DNA from: Trichormus sp. ATA11-4-KO1
Lineage (GTDB): Bacteria > Cyanobacteriota > Cyanobacteriia > Cyanobacteriales > Nostocaceae
NCBI GenBank assembly: GCA_019358915.1
Contig: JAHHIM010000026.1
Coordinates: 1-64,000, forward strand
Direction: 5' to 3'
Length of the DNA stretch: 64,000 bases
A program made the position numbers and the translations under genes. This document shows positions 1 to 10,488 of the stretch, in pieces (position 1 is the stretch's first letter; every line of letters starts with the position of its first letter). The notes under the pieces are model-generated. The model saw only the letters and a program-made list of their open reading frames with translations, was not told the DNA's origin and did no database searches.

Positions 1-1
1 A

Positions 2-124
<123 letters not shown>

Positions 125-149
125 TCTTAAAGCTTAGCTCAATAAACAG

Positions 150-177
150 CGCCTCCCGGTATCGGGGGGCGTTTTTT
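150..177 (+). terminator. Intrinsic terminator after psbA
   Basis: CGCCTCCCG-GTAT-CGGGGGGCG stem-loop followed by TTTTTT. Confidence 0.85.
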
Positions 178-277
178 AATATATATTAATATATATATTT
201 AAATTTCTTTAATTAACCACAGAGAACACAGAGGACGCAGAGTTAAGAGAAGTATTGAGAATGGAGAGATGTAAATT

Positions 278-1045
278 ATGACGGTTGATGTTGACTCAAA
301 AATGCAAAGTCATCCCCAGTTACCTCTCAAAGTTCTGGGTCTTTTGTTGGTAGCTTCCGTATTCGCTTCAGGATCAACCATTCTTTATGGTTTGATTATT
401 GCTCATCGAACTATTTCAATACCTGAAGTTTTACTGGTCGCAGGACTCTTAACAGCTATTGTGACCACACCTTTAGCCGTATTGGGCTTGTGGTCACGAG
501 GTAGGCAAGGCTTAGAAGTTTCCAGTTTTGCCAAACTCTTAATTAAAGATGATTTGCTCATGGCCCTGTTATTGGCGGTTGCTCTTGGCAGTTTCTGTGG
601 TGCTTTCGTTGTTTTATCTGATAAAGCATTTTATCCGTTTCTTCCCACTGGAGTAAAAGATGTAGAACTACCTGGTTCTATAGTGGGTTTACTGGCTGCC
701 TTGGGAGCGGGTATCAATGAAGAAATTTGGTTCCGGTTAGGTATATTGACTGGGTTGATAGAACTTGGACGCTGGCTGCTGAAACAAGATCAAGCAAGTA
801 CAGCATTATTTTGGAGTACTAACGTCATCTCGACTTTGTTATTTGGTGCAGCACATTTACCTCAATTTGCACTGATGGCAAGTGGATTACCATTAGCAGT
901 TGTATGTGTGGTATTGCTGCAAAATGGTTTTGTGGGGTTGATTTTTGGATGGCTTTACTGGCAACGAGGGTTGCTAACTGCTATGTTGGCTCACGTTACT
1001 GCTGATATTGCCATTCATGTTATTGTTCCCACGGTTTTTGCGTAG
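278..1045 (+). CDS. CPBP/Abi (CAAX protease-like) intramembrane metalloprotease
   Basis: EExxFR (NEEIWFR), FxxxH (FGAAH) and HxxxD (AHVTAD) motifs in a multi-TM protein. Confidence 0.85.
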   Translation: MTVDVDSKMQSHPQLPLKVLGLLLVASVFASGSTILYGLIIAHRTISIPEVLLVAGLLTAIVTTPLAVLGLWSRGRQGLEVSSFAKLLIKDDLLMALLLAVALGSFCGAFVVLSDKAFYPFLPTGVKDVELPGSIVGLLAALGAGINEEIWFRLGILTGLIELGRWLLKQDQASTALFWSTNVISTLLFGAAHLPQFALMASGLPLAVVCVVLLQNGFVGLIFGWLYWQRGLLTAMLAHVTADIAIHVIVPTVFA

Positions 1046-1155
1046 AAGTGTTGTATAAAAATACAAACCCTGCTGCACAGAAACAAATTTAAACTATTAG
1101 ACATATCCAAAATAGTAATGTCATTTAAACTATTAAATTTTTTCAATGTGAAATT

Positions 1156-1359
1156 GTGAACAAAAAGTATTTTTTTTCCACACTCATTTTTAGTGCTGCT
1201 GGAATTTTGTCTTACTCAGCGTTTCAGAATACTGGAGGACTGACCATCAAGAACAACAGAATTGATGGTAACCTGCAATGTAAAGAAAACCGTCCAGCGC
1301 CAACGGGAGGAGGCAATATTGTCCAAGGTAATAAAGAGGATCAATGCTCTCGGTTGTAG
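1156..1359 (+). CDS. Short hypothetical secreted protein, or internally deleted remnant
   Basis: Signal-peptide-like N-terminus directly followed by a 2-Cys tail (LQCKEN...KEDQCSRL); GTG start. Confidence 0.35.
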   Translation: MNKKYFFSTLIFSAAGILSYSAFQNTGGLTIKNNRIDGNLQCKENRPAPTGGGNIVQGNKEDQCSRL

Positions 1360-1432
1360 GTTATCTCAAAAAGATGGAAGTACGAGAAAAATGTCATCAT
1401 AGTCATGGTGAAAAAATTCTGGAGATAAGACC

Positions 1433-2029
1433 ACGGTTTACGCACGTCCTTTAGCACGTTTAATTGAGCAATTGCAACGCTTACCAGGAGTTGGTCCCAA
1501 ATCAGCCCAACGCCTGGCTTTGCATATCTTGAAGCGCCCAGAAGCAGAAGTAGAAGCTTTAGCACAAGCTTTAATTGATGCAAAAAAGCAGATAGGTTTA
1601 TGTTCTGTTTGCTTTCACCTATCTGCTGAACCTGTTTGTGAAATTTGTCGCAATCCTAACCGTGATCACGGCGCTATCTGTGTGGTAGCAGACTCTCGGG
1701 ATGTGATTGCGCTGGAAAAAACCCGCGAATATAAAGGCAAGTATCACGTCTTGGGTGGTGTAATTTCCCCTATTGATGGTATTGGCCCAGAACAGCTAAC
1801 TATCCAAGCTTTGGTGCGGCGAGTGAGTCAGCAAAAAACCCAAGAAGTGATTTTGGCAATTAGTCCGAGTATAGAAGGGGAGACGACGACCCTGTATATT
1901 GGTCAATTACTGAAGCCATTTACCAAAGTGACACGAATTGCCTTTGGTTTACCTGTGGGTGGTGATTTGGAGTATGCCGATGAAGTGACATTGGCAAGAG
2001 CCTTGGAAGGACGGCGGGAGTTAGATTAA
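1433..2029 (+). CDS. recR: Recombination mediator RecR
   Basis: [13 protein letters not shown]hH, C4 zinc finger (CSVC...CEIC), Toprim domain, [10 protein letters not shown]. Homology continues upstream of the TTG at 1472 ([13 protein letters not shown]); start placed tentatively at ACG 1433. Confidence 0.93.
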   Translation, partial: TVYARPLARLIEQLQRLPGVGPKSAQRLALHILKRPEAEVEALAQALIDAKKQIGLCSVCFHLSAEPVCEICRNPNRDHGAICVVADSRDVIALEKTREYKGKYHVLGGVISPIDGIGPEQLTIQALVRRVSQQKTQEVILAISPSIEGETTTLYIGQLLKPFTKVTRIAFGLPVGGDLEYADEVTLARALEGRRELD

Positions 2030-2250
2030 GTTTTATTGAGGATTCCCACAGCTTGATCTAACAAAGTCAAAGTTGTAGCTTTCTAGTGTCGGTCTCAGTA
2101 GCGGTACAGTTAATTACCTGGGCATGTGTTGAATTTCAGGTAAGACTGCAACGCTTTGAGACTTTTAAGGTTTAGGGTTTTGAGAATTTCTGTACTGTCA
2201 ACCCTGCAACCTCATGGTTTGTGACAAGAAGCATACCACCAGGGTCTAAT

Positions 2251-2388
2251 TTAGCGTTCTCCTGCTTTTTCAATGGTTTCGATGACAGCCAAGCCTATAC
2301 CCGAAGCTGCGATTAGCAGTACTGCTGATAGCAAATAGGCATTGGTAAACATTCGGAGGGCATCTTCAAAAAAAATGTAGGTGGTCAT
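2251..2388 (-). CDS. 45-aa single-TM small protein (absent from ORF track)
   Basis: MTTYIFFEDALRMFTNAYLLSAVLLIAASGIGLAVIETIEKAGER*, preceded by an AAAGGTGA RBS-like sequence. Confidence 0.6.
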   Translation of the reverse strand: MTTYIFFEDALRMFTNAYLLSAVLLIAASGIGLAVIETIEKAGER

Positions 2389-2668
2389 TGCTTCACCTTT
2401 TGAACTTTATGCTACTGGTACTGTTTATTTCTCCACACGCTGATTAATAGTTCCCGTGGAAAAATTGCTGGCATTAGCATCTTAACAAAACTTTAGCTCT
2501 TTCATAAGACCATTTAAACTTTTTCTTTCTAAAGTTTCGATGAATTCCACTAGCATTTTGTTAAAGATAATACTGTCGCAGGTTAGAAGGAGAAACTATA
2601 GCCTTCTCCACTACCGCAATTTAGATAGATAATTAGGTAATTTAAATAACTTAATTAATAGCCAAAAG

Positions 2669-3193
2669 ATGAAACTATTAGATTTAGAAATATTCACCAA
2701 ACGTTTATTGTTGCAACCTATATCGCTAAAATACAAAGAAGATATTTTTAGAGAATTTACTGAGATAATTACTACTTATATGCATCCCTGTTCACCTCAA
2801 GTAATTCCGGAAACAGAATTATTTATTAATGAATCGCTGCGAGAAATGCATAATGGTGATAACTTGATCGTAGTAATTGTAAAGAAAGATAAAGATAAAT
2901 TTTTAGGGTGTGCTGGTATACATAAACTTAAGAGTATATGTCCTGAATTGGGTATATGGCTAAAAGAATCAGCACATGGGAATGGGTATGGACTAGAGGC
3001 TATTAATGCTCTGAAAGGTTGGGCTGAGAGTAATCTTGATTATGAGTATCTAATTTATCCTGTGGATCGGGCAAATATTTCTAGTCGGAGAATCCCTGAA
3101 AGGCTTGGCGGTCAAATTTTTAGAGAATACAAACAAACGAATTTAAGTGGTAAAGTTTTACATTTACTAGAGTACAGAATTTCTAAGCAATAA
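2669..3193 (+). CDS. GNAT (RimJ/RimL-like) N-acetyltransferase
   Basis: TKRLLL N-terminus, ELGIWL, HGNGYG acetyl-CoA motif, NISSRRIPERLG. Confidence 0.85.
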   Translation: MKLLDLEIFTKRLLLQPISLKYKEDIFREFTEIITTYMHPCSPQVIPETELFINESLREMHNGDNLIVVIVKKDKDKFLGCAGIHKLKSICPELGIWLKESAHGNGYGLEAINALKGWAESNLDYEYLIYPVDRANISSRRIPERLGGQIFREYKQTNLSGKVLHLLEYRISKQ

Positions 3194-3292
3194 AACTTGC
3201 TTGATTGAATTTCTGCCAAAATATTGCCTTAAAAAATTTGGCTTGTGCGAACCTTACAAGCATGAAGAGTGCACACAAGAAAATAAAAAATA

Positions 3293-4213
3293 CTAGCCTA
3301 AACAACTTTCAATAGTTACTAAAACAGATTGGGAGAGTGTATCAAAATCGTAACCACCTTCCAAACCAAAGAGAATTTTACGAGTTAGTCTTAGACAAGC
3401 ATTGGTGAAATAGGCATAATCTTTAGGCTGCAAATTGATATTTGCTAAAGGGTCTGCTGCATTGGCATCATAACCAGCACTAATAATCAGTAAATCTGCC
3501 TGAAATTTAGCTAAAAAAGGTATTACCCTTTGTGCCCATAGTGGCTGATATACAGTGATATCACTACCAGGAGGTAGAGGTAAATTTAAGACATTATCAT
3601 AAAAGCCGCGTTCAGATGCTTTACCAGTACCGGGATAGCAAGGGTATTGATGTAAAGAACAGTAGGCAATTTGGGGGTGAGTTTCCACGATCGCCTGAGT
3701 GCCATTACCGTGATGTACATCCCAGTCTAAAATAGCAACACGGTTAATTCCGGGTTGTTCTAGGGCATAGAAAGCCGCGATCGCCGCATTAGAGAATAAG
3801 CAAAAGCCCATCCCAGCATCACTTTCAGCATGGTGTCCAGGTGGACGTGATAGCACAAAAGCCGGATTTGCGGTTGCTAGTACATTATCAACTCCATCCA
3901 ACCAAGCACTCACCGCCAATAATGCTACATCATAGCTGCGGGGGGAAACTGGGGTATCACCGTCTAAATAACCGCCACCAGTGGAGGCAATTTCCTTGAC
4001 TTTGTTGATATAAGCTGGAGTATGAGCCTTGAGCAGCATCGGCATTAACAATGACTTTTCTGATGCTGGTGTAGGCGATCGCCAAACAATTTTTTCTGCA
4101 AAGGCGGCTTCTTTTAGAGTGTTGACGATTGCTATCAAGCGTTCTGGGTTTTCTGGATGGTATTTTCCTGTCTTGTGATCCAGAAACTCGTCGGCATAAA
4201 TGACTGGTAGCAT
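3293..4213 (-). CDS. Histone deacetylase/AcuC family protein
   Basis: HPENPERL, RPPGHHA, GFCLF, DWDVHHGNGT, LEGGY motifs. Confidence 0.93.
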   Translation of the reverse strand: MLPVIYADEFLDHKTGKYHPENPERLIAIVNTLKEAAFAEKIVWRSPTPASEKSLLMPMLLKAHTPAYINKVKEIASTGGGYLDGDTPVSPRSYDVALLAVSAWLDGVDNVLATANPAFVLSRPPGHHAESDAGMGFCLFSNAAIAAFYALEQPGINRVAILDWDVHHGNGTQAIVETHPQIAYCSLHQYPCYPGTGKASERGFYDNVLNLPLPPGSDITVYQPLWAQRVIPFLAKFQADLLIISAGYDANAADPLANINLQPKDYAYFTNACLRLTRKILFGLEGGYDFDTLSQSVLVTIESCLG

Positions 4214-4281
4214 AGGGCAAAACGATTATGGCAGGATACTGAATGTCATTGTATCCTCAGTAGGCGTTGGGCTTGGCGCTC

Positions 4282-4504
4282 TTAGTCTTTGCTGAAACCA
4301 ATCATTTCATCAGTTGGTTCATCCAGTATCTCAGGTACTAAAGCTTGATTTCCTCTACGTTCTTCTGGCGATTGTTCACGAATGACATCATCTATCTATT
4401 TTCGGAGGATGTTTGATCATGTCGCGCACCTCCGGACTTAATGGGGATACATCATCTTCTGAATGCGTTTTTTTGGCTTGATTGGGAACTTTTTCTTGAT
4501 TCAT
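4282..4504 (-). pseudogene. Small acidic protein gene (72 aa when repaired), frameshifted by a 4-bp duplication
   Basis: Removing one AGAT of ATAGATAGATGAT restores a continuous frame MNQEKVPNQ...KHPPKIDDVIREQSPEERRGNQALVPEILDEPTDEMIGFSKD*. Confidence 0.55.
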
Positions 4505-4680
4505 GAATACTTCATCTAACTGCTGGCCTCAGATGTGAAGTCTTGTACACAAAGCCAGTGAGCATCTGTCCCAGTTCGGGCGATCGCAACTGAAACAAAA
4601 GACAATACATGAAAAATCACCATTACTCCAAGAGAGAATACTGCTAAAATATAGTCAAAATGTCTAAAATAGTCAAAATT

Positions 4681-4953
4681 ATGATACAGACTTACACTCT
4701 TACAGATGCTCGTAACAAACATGGTGAGGTTTTTGACAAGGCTGCTACTGAACCAGTTCTATTAACCAAGCAATCACGTCCTAGCCATGTGATTATCTCA
4801 GCCCAGAGTTACCAAAAATTAATTAATCGGCTGCAAGAATTAGAGGATATGGTTTTTGGTCAAGCTGCGGAAACGGCTTTGAGTCAGTCTCCAATGGTTG
4901 GTACAGAGGCTTTTACGTCTGCATTGGAGCATTTAGCTAATGGCGAGGCTTGA
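4681..4953 (+). CDS. Phd/YefM family antitoxin
   Basis: YTLTDARNKHGEVFD...EPVLLTKQSRPSHVIIS Phd-like signature; overlaps the downstream toxin. Confidence 0.85.
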   Translation: MIQTYTLTDARNKHGEVFDKAATEPVLLTKQSRPSHVIISAQSYQKLINRLQELEDMVFGQAAETALSQSPMVGTEAFTSALEHLANGEA

Positions 4954-5221
4954 TGGTCTAACAGCTGTTCTTGATTTTCTCAACGGTTTGCAACCTAAAA
5001 TAGCAGCGCAGATTGCAAAAAAAGTTTTAGCTTTAAATATTGATCCTTTACCAGTTGATAGTGAGCAGCTGTCGGGTTATCGAGGTTTCTATAGAGTTGA
5101 TAGTGGTGAATATCGAATTATATACAGGTATTTTCCTGAGCAAGATTTAGTAGAAGTGATTTTAGTCGGTAAGCGCAATGATGATGATGTCTACAAAAGA
5201 TTAAAGCGGTTACTGGGATAA
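4940..5221 (+). CDS. RelE/ParE family toxin
   Basis: 93 aa, LSGYRGFYRVDSGEYRIIY and VGKRNDDDVY motifs; 14-nt overlap with antitoxin. Confidence 0.87.
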   Translation: MARLDGLTAVLDFLNGLQPKIAAQIAKKVLALNIDPLPVDSEQLSGYRGFYRVDSGEYRIIYRYFPEQDLVEVILVGKRNDDDVYKRLKRLLG

Positions 5222-5279
5222 ATTTTGGTATGCATTAAAAATGCTAGAATCGCTTCAGCACCAATGCTTTTAGGCATCT

Positions 5280-6542
5280 TTGATGACTTTTAACTCTCTC
5301 ATTCCCGATACGGCGCTTTCGGTATCTGGATTAACTGACTATATCCGCTTGCTGTTAGAGCAAGATGAGCAATTACGGCAAGTTTGGGTGACTGGGGAAG
5401 TTTCCAGTGCTAACCACCATCGCAGTGGGTTATTTTTTACGTTGCAAGACCCAGATGGGACGGCTGGTATTAAGTGTGTGGTATGGAATGGTCAAATCCC
5501 GAAACTCGCTCAAATGCCTGTTCCCGGTGAGCAGGTAATTATCTTAGGTAGTATCCGAGTTTACCCGCAAAGGGGAGAGTATCAATTATCAGTGTGGCAA
5601 GCTTTACCTACTGGTGCTGGTTTACAGGCTCTGCGCTATCAACAACTCAAAAACCGCTTGCTGGCTGAGGGTTTATTCGACTTAGAACGCAAACGTCCTC
5701 TACCACTACACCCGCAAACGATCGCAGTTGTCACTTCACCCACGGCGGCGGCTTGGGGCGATATTCAAAAAACTCTTAAGCAACAATATCCAGGTTTACA
5801 CGTTTTATTCTCTCCGGCTACGGTACAAGGTGAGCAAGCACCAGAGTCTATAGTTAAGGCAATTGAGCGGGTAAATCGTGATGGTCGCGCTGAGGTGCTA
5901 ATTTTATCGCGGGGTGGTGGGGCAGTTGAAGAATTGGCTTGCTTTAATGATGAACGGGTGGTGAGGGCTGTGGCTAGTTGTTCTATGCCGGTCATTACTG
6001 GTATTGGTCATCAACGCGATGAGTCTTTGGTGGATTTAGTGGCAGATATTTGTGCCCATACACCGACGGCGGCGGCGGAAACTGTTGTACCATCTATATC
6101 TGAGTTATATAATCAGCATCGCCAAAGAGTTATAGCTTTGTGTGAGGCGGTACTAGAATTTGTAGAAAGTGCTGAGAATAAATTGCAAGGTTTACGCCAT
6201 CGTTTGCGGCGTTTGGGATTGGATCGGCAGGTGCAGCAGGAGATATTGCGGTTAAGTTGGAAGAGAAAGCAGTTGTTACAGGTGACACTGGGGCGATCGC
6301 AGCAAGCAAAGCAGCATTTAGAGTTGTTACGGGAAAAGTTGGCTAGTCTTGACCCAAAAGCGGTGTTGCAGCGTGGTTATGCTGTGGTAAGAAGGGAAGA
6401 TGGGGCGATCGCTCGTTCTGCTTCTGAGTTGGCTGTGGGGGAGGATTTGTTGATTCAGTTGGGGCAGGGGGAGGTTACAGTTAAGGTGATGGAAGTTAAC
6501 GAACCACGAAGGCACAAAGGACACGAAGGTTTGCATGGTTAA
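5280..6542 (+). CDS. xseA: Exodeoxyribonuclease VII large subunit
   Basis: OB-fold [41 protein letters not shown]. Confidence 0.96.
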   Translation: MMTFNSLIPDTALSVSGLTDYIRLLLEQDEQLRQVWVTGEVSSANHHRSGLFFTLQDPDGTAGIKCVVWNGQIPKLAQMPVPGEQVIILGSIRVYPQRGEYQLSVWQALPTGAGLQALRYQQLKNRLLAEGLFDLERKRPLPLHPQTIAVVTSPTAAAWGDIQKTLKQQYPGLHVLFSPATVQGEQAPESIVKAIERVNRDGRAEVLILSRGGGAVEELACFNDERVVRAVASCSMPVITGIGHQRDESLVDLVADICAHTPTAAAETVVPSISELYNQHRQRVIALCEAVLEFVESAENKLQGLRHRLRRLGLDRQVQQEILRLSWKRKQLLQVTLGRSQQAKQHLELLREKLASLDPKAVLQRGYAVVRREDGAIARSASELAVGEDLLIQLGQGEVTVKVMEVNEPRRHKGHEGLHG

Positions 6543-6768
6543 GCGTAAGAGTGCTTCGAGTTCTGATTCGCTGGAGGGTTGGAATTATGAAGCGAAGGTT
6601 TTGGAGATTGAGGGAATTATCGCTCGTATTGAAGCAGGTGAGTTGGAGTTGGAGGAGGTGTTTGCACAGTTTGCTAGTGCTGTTGAGTATCTGCGTCAGT
6701 GTGAAGGTTTTTTGCAGCAGCGACGACAGCAGGTAGATTTGTTGATTGAGACTTTAAGTGATGATTAA
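6535..6768 (+). CDS. xseB: Exodeoxyribonuclease VII small subunit
   Basis: [24 protein letters not shown]; overlaps the end of xseA. Confidence 0.92.
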   Translation: MVKRKSASSSDSLEGWNYEAKVLEIEGIIARIEAGELELEEVFAQFASAVEYLRQCEGFLQQRRQQVDLLIETLSDD

Positions 6769-6779
6769 ACTATGCAACG

Positions 6780-7931
6780 ATGATGGGTGCAAAGGTTAAA
6801 TCTGCTATCAATTGGTTTCAGTCTTGGATTTCTCAGGCTAAAACTACTAATCCTGATAATCTTCTGAATCAGCCTCCTGAAGAAATTATTCGGGAATTTA
6901 CCGAAAAAATAAGTCGGCTATCCCATCCGGTTGAATATATTACCGATATTCAAGAAGCATTGAGTTCAGCTTTGGTAAATTGGCAACAAAAGACTAACTC
7001 TGCTAATAGTCTGGTAATTTTAGGTTGTCCGGTGGAAACAATTGCGGAAATTTTGCAGGCAAGTTTGACAGGCGAGTTGTCAAAAGAGTTACAAATTATC
7101 AATCCTCTGGGCAGTAGGCAGCGTTCAATTAATGGTTCGGCACTGGTAAAACTAATTAGGGAGACTGTATCTTTAGATGCTCATCAAGCACAAGATGAAC
7201 GGCAGACTTTGATTGTGATTCCCTGTTTGGCGCAGTGCTTTCTGCGGTGTATTGGAGGGTGGGAAGGTGTCGAGTTTCTGCAAAATGCGGTTGTACATGA
7301 TCAGTCTAAGTTTTGGCTGATTGGTTGTAATTCTTGGGCTTGGTCATTTTTAGACCAGGTTTGTCAAGTAAGTGCGTATTTAGAACAAGTTCACTACCTA
7401 CCTCAATTGAAAGGAGAAGCACTGCAACAATGGTTAGCACCAGTAACTCAAGAATTAGCTACCCAGGATAACGAAGAAGATACGAGTTTAGCTGACTCTA
7501 AATCTCTGGCCAGTTTGGCTTCTGGCGTGAGTAGTGTAGCAGCTTATCTGTGGCTGCAAGGACTGCGGATACGTGCAGCTGACATCCCTGATGCTGTGTC
7601 TGAGTCTCAGCCTGGGGTAAAAGTTCAAGGTGTGACTCAGGAAGCTGCAAGTAATCTGCGACAGACAAAGCCGATTTTGCCTAGTCTACCTGATTTGACT
7701 GCTATTGATCGCTACCTTCTACATTCTCTGCTGCTGCACGGACAGATAACTAGGACTCATCTGACTCTGAGTTTAAACGAAAGTGAACAAATTGTGCGAT
7801 CGCGTGTGCAAATGCTTCAGCGTGCGGGTGTCATAGTGCAACAGCAAGAACAATTAAGTCTTTGTCCTGCTTACTATCCCTCGCTCAAAACCGAGTTAAT
7901 TAACAACAACTTTTTGATTGGAGAGGACTAA
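6780..7931 (+). CDS. Hypothetical protein, possible degenerate P-loop core plus C-terminal winged helix
   Basis: 383-aa ORF; C-terminal LLHSLLLHGQITRTHL...VQMLQRAGVI resembles a wHTH; 2 nt from the next gene. Confidence 0.6.
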   Translation: MMGAKVKSAINWFQSWISQAKTTNPDNLLNQPPEEIIREFTEKISRLSHPVEYITDIQEALSSALVNWQQKTNSANSLVILGCPVETIAEILQASLTGELSKELQIINPLGSRQRSINGSALVKLIRETVSLDAHQAQDERQTLIVIPCLAQCFLRCIGGWEGVEFLQNAVVHDQSKFWLIGCNSWAWSFLDQVCQVSAYLEQVHYLPQLKGEALQQWLAPVTQELATQDNEEDTSLADSKSLASLASGVSSVAAYLWLQGLRIRAADIPDAVSESQPGVKVQGVTQEAASNLRQTKPILPSLPDLTAIDRYLLHSLLLHGQITRTHLTLSLNESEQIVRSRVQMLQRAGVIVQQQEQLSLCPAYYPSLKTELINNNFLIGED

Positions 7932-7933
7932 TT

Positions 7934-8797
7934 ATGTTTTTTTCTATTTATACTAATTTTTTTGCTCAATTGTTAAATGCTAATGGCATAGCCGAAAGAC
8001 TCCTGACTGAGATTACAATCAACAAAATTATCAAAGCTTTGATTAGTGTTTTCATCGCCTATGGAATTTCTGCCACTATTCAATCTTTCGTCAATTGGCT
8101 ATCTGAGCGAGTAGCGCGTCGGTTTCGACTCATAATCAAACAATCAGTACCTTTTTGGAAAGGATTGATTTTAATTGTCACCGTAATTTATCTACTTAAC
8201 CTGTTTTTAAATCTGTCTGAAAGAAATCTCCTTGCACTCACCGGCACGATTGCTGTGGGATTAGGATTTGCATTCAAAGACTATGTAAGTTCTATTATTG
8301 CTGGAGTTGTGACTTTATTTGAAGCACCCTATCGAGTAGGCGATCGCATTCGCATCGGCGAACACTACGGAGAGGTGATCGGTTACGGATTACGCGGACT
8401 CAGACTACAGACACCTGATGATAACACTGTCACCATTCCCCACAATAAAACTTGGACTGATGCCATCTCTAATGCCAACAGTGGCGAGTTAGAAGCACAA
8501 GTAGTTACGGAATTCTATTTAGCTCATGAAGTTAATTTTGAAAAAGTCATCCGAATTCTCTATCAGGCTGCTTACAGTAGTCGATATACGCAGTTAAAAC
8601 TGCCAGTTATTGTAATTATGGAAGAATTACCTTGGTGTACCCAATTCAAACTTAAATCTTACCCAATGGATGCTCGAGACGAGTTTATTTACAAAACCGA
8701 TTTGATGCGACAAGCCAAGCAAGCATTTGCCAAACAACACCTTTGCTATCCACAACTAGGTGAAAAATATGAGGATAGCCCGCATATTTTGCTGTGA
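7934..8797 (+). CDS. MscS family mechanosensitive channel
   Basis: Three TM helices, GLGFAFKD, PYRVGDRI, VTIPH. Confidence 0.9.
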   Translation: MFFSIYTNFFAQLLNANGIAERLLTEITINKIIKALISVFIAYGISATIQSFVNWLSERVARRFRLIIKQSVPFWKGLILIVTVIYLLNLFLNLSERNLLALTGTIAVGLGFAFKDYVSSIIAGVVTLFEAPYRVGDRIRIGEHYGEVIGYGLRGLRLQTPDDNTVTIPHNKTWTDAISNANSGELEAQVVTEFYLAHEVNFEKVIRILYQAAYSSRYTQLKLPVIVIMEELPWCTQFKLKSYPMDARDEFIYKTDLMRQAKQAFAKQHLCYPQLGEKYEDSPHILL

Positions 8798-8984
8798 CAT
8801 TTTGGGGTAATGGAGAAGATAATTTTCTTAAAAACCTATATTTTAGTTAGGGTTAAGAACCGTCAATTAATTCCTATTCATTCTTTCTCAATTCATGGAA
8901 GCGATCGCCTATGTGTTTCAGACTTTGATGTTTTATGATCATAAAGTTGGTCAATCCAAATCCGAACTGCTTATTTAGTGGTTA

Positions 8985-9137
8985 TTACCTACCCGATTGC
9001 AATGCCCACCACTCTAATGCTTTCTTCTCTATATCTTGAATAAATCCATCTTTTCCATCCATATAGCCCTCAATATCATCAGCATATTTCTTTGCCAGTT
9101 CGCGCTTGAGTCCACTATATTTCTGCGCATCCTCTTG
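8985..9137 (-). pseudogene. GrpB-family C-terminal fragment
   Basis: QEDAQKYSGLKRELAKKYADDIEGYMDGKDGFIQDIEKKA*, matching the GrpB YxxLKxxLA...YxxGK pattern; no start codon. Confidence 0.65.
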
Positions 9138-9348
9138 TTACTTTAGAGTCAAAAAGCCGTTTTTGACAACGAAAAATCAAGCATTTTGAAGGTGTATTGC
9201 AGATTTTTGCGTTTATCCTGGCTCAATACCCTATTGACTATCTACTTTAATTATCTGCTCAAGAAAAAATAAAATGTGGCTGGAGGCTAAAGCCTCTAAA
9301 ATAACTTTCATCCGCAGCTTAAAAGTACAGGGGTTCTCAGCATATCTC

Positions 9349-9558
9349 TTATAACGGTTTATCACTATAACCAGTGATCTTAGTACGAATTTGCTGAAGA
9401 CGTTTTTCCAAAACAGTTTCACTTGGGAAGGTATTAATTGTAACATTTTGATTTTGCCAGTAAAGAAAATCCATAAAATCTAAAACTTGCTTTTGTTTGT
9501 CTTGTGAAAGATTTCGCCACTTTGTTAATAATACCTGTTCTGAACTCATCAGATGCAC
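9349..9558 (-). CDS. DUF2281-like small antitoxin-type protein, possibly truncated
   Basis: LLTKWRNLSQDKQKQVLDFMDFL pattern. Confidence 0.5.
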   Translation of the reverse strand: MHLMSSEQVLLTKWRNLSQDKQKQVLDFMDFLYWQNQNVTINTFPSETVLEKRLQQIRTKITGYSDKPL

Positions 9559-9681
9559 CTAAACTACTTTTGAATTGTCCAACTTTGACAAAATTAGATT
9601 ATATCTTTATATAGAACCCATTTGATATTTATCCATTCGCCAGGCGCTTGAGCATAAGTTTGATGAAGCAAAGATTGAGCT

Positions 9682-9870
9682 TATGCCACTAGTAACCTCA
9701 CCCAAGCCCAATATGAATTTCTCAGCGACCTGATTCCAGAGGCTAAAAGAGGTAGTCGCCTTCGTCAAGTCGAGATGTGGAATGTTCTCCACAGATTTTT
9801 CTGATTTATTGTGTCAAGCCTGATTGAGATGCTCTTACCCTGGCATTACCTGATGAATTTCCCCCGTGTC
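9682..9870 (+). mobile_element. IS5-family (IS1031-like) transposase N-terminal fragment, decayed
   Basis: YATSNLTQAQYEFLSDLIPEAKRGSRLRQVEMWNVL, then after frameshifts ALPDEFPP; resembles the YPSNLT...LIP...GGRPR...ALPxDFPP N-terminus of these transposases. Confidence 0.7.
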
Positions 9871-10038
9871 CGTCGGTTTTTGTTTCTACTATAAAATCTG
9901 CCGAAGAACTATATTTTCTATTTATAGTATCAATATTTGTAATAAGTAAAAAGTAAACAATTTTTTCAAGTGGTCTAACTATAGAAAAAATTGGTATGAG
10001 AACGATAATTGTAATGCTAGTAGGAAAGGCGAGTATTT

Positions 10039-10488
10039 CTAACCTTTTCGCATAGCCTTTGTTGAATTTTTAATTTTAGCTTGATGACATATAGCAAGGC
10101 GTTTGCGGCAGTAGCCATAAGAGCGAGATGTACTTGCAAATTCTGTGATCTTTACTTGAGTCCTAACAAATCTTGAAGCAACTGTAATTGAGCGAAGGTT
10201 AGCCTTAGCGGGGCTTTTATTCATTGAATAGTCATGCTGCTTTTTTACTTCCTTATCTAATTGTGTAAGTTTGGCGTTAGGTTCAGTTACAACTAGTGTT
10301 TCTGGTAGAAATTTTTTGTGCGGCGATTGCTGAGTTCGATGTACTGTTGCACCTAATCCAAACATCCCTGTACTGATAGCTAACATCATATATTTCCCAA
10401 AATACTGAGTCGAAAAGTATCCAAAACTCACCGCCGCAACTGTTGCAGCAATACCTGCAAAGCTATTTTTTAATATAGATTTGTTCAT
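10039..10488 (-). CDS. Hypothetical protein with two N-terminal hydrophobic segments
   Basis: 149-aa ORF with GGAGAGG RBS; no recognised motif. Confidence 0.5.
   Translation of the reverse strand: MNKSILKNSFAGIAATVAAVSFGYFSTQYFGKYMMLAISTGMFGLGATVHRTQQSPHKKFLPETLVVTEPNAKLTQLDKEVKKQHDYSMNKSPAKANLRSITVASRFVRTQVKITEFASTSRSYGYCRKRLAICHQAKIKNSTKAMRKG

Noticed and set aside
1341..1583. Antisense or alternate-frame ORFs overlapping confident genes (e.g. 1341-1583, 3957-4220, 5765-5995, 19698-19940, 25190-25414, 28322-28549, 42656-43048, 58870-59076, 63675-63914)
   Set aside because: Shadow frames of well-supported genes, with no motifs of their own
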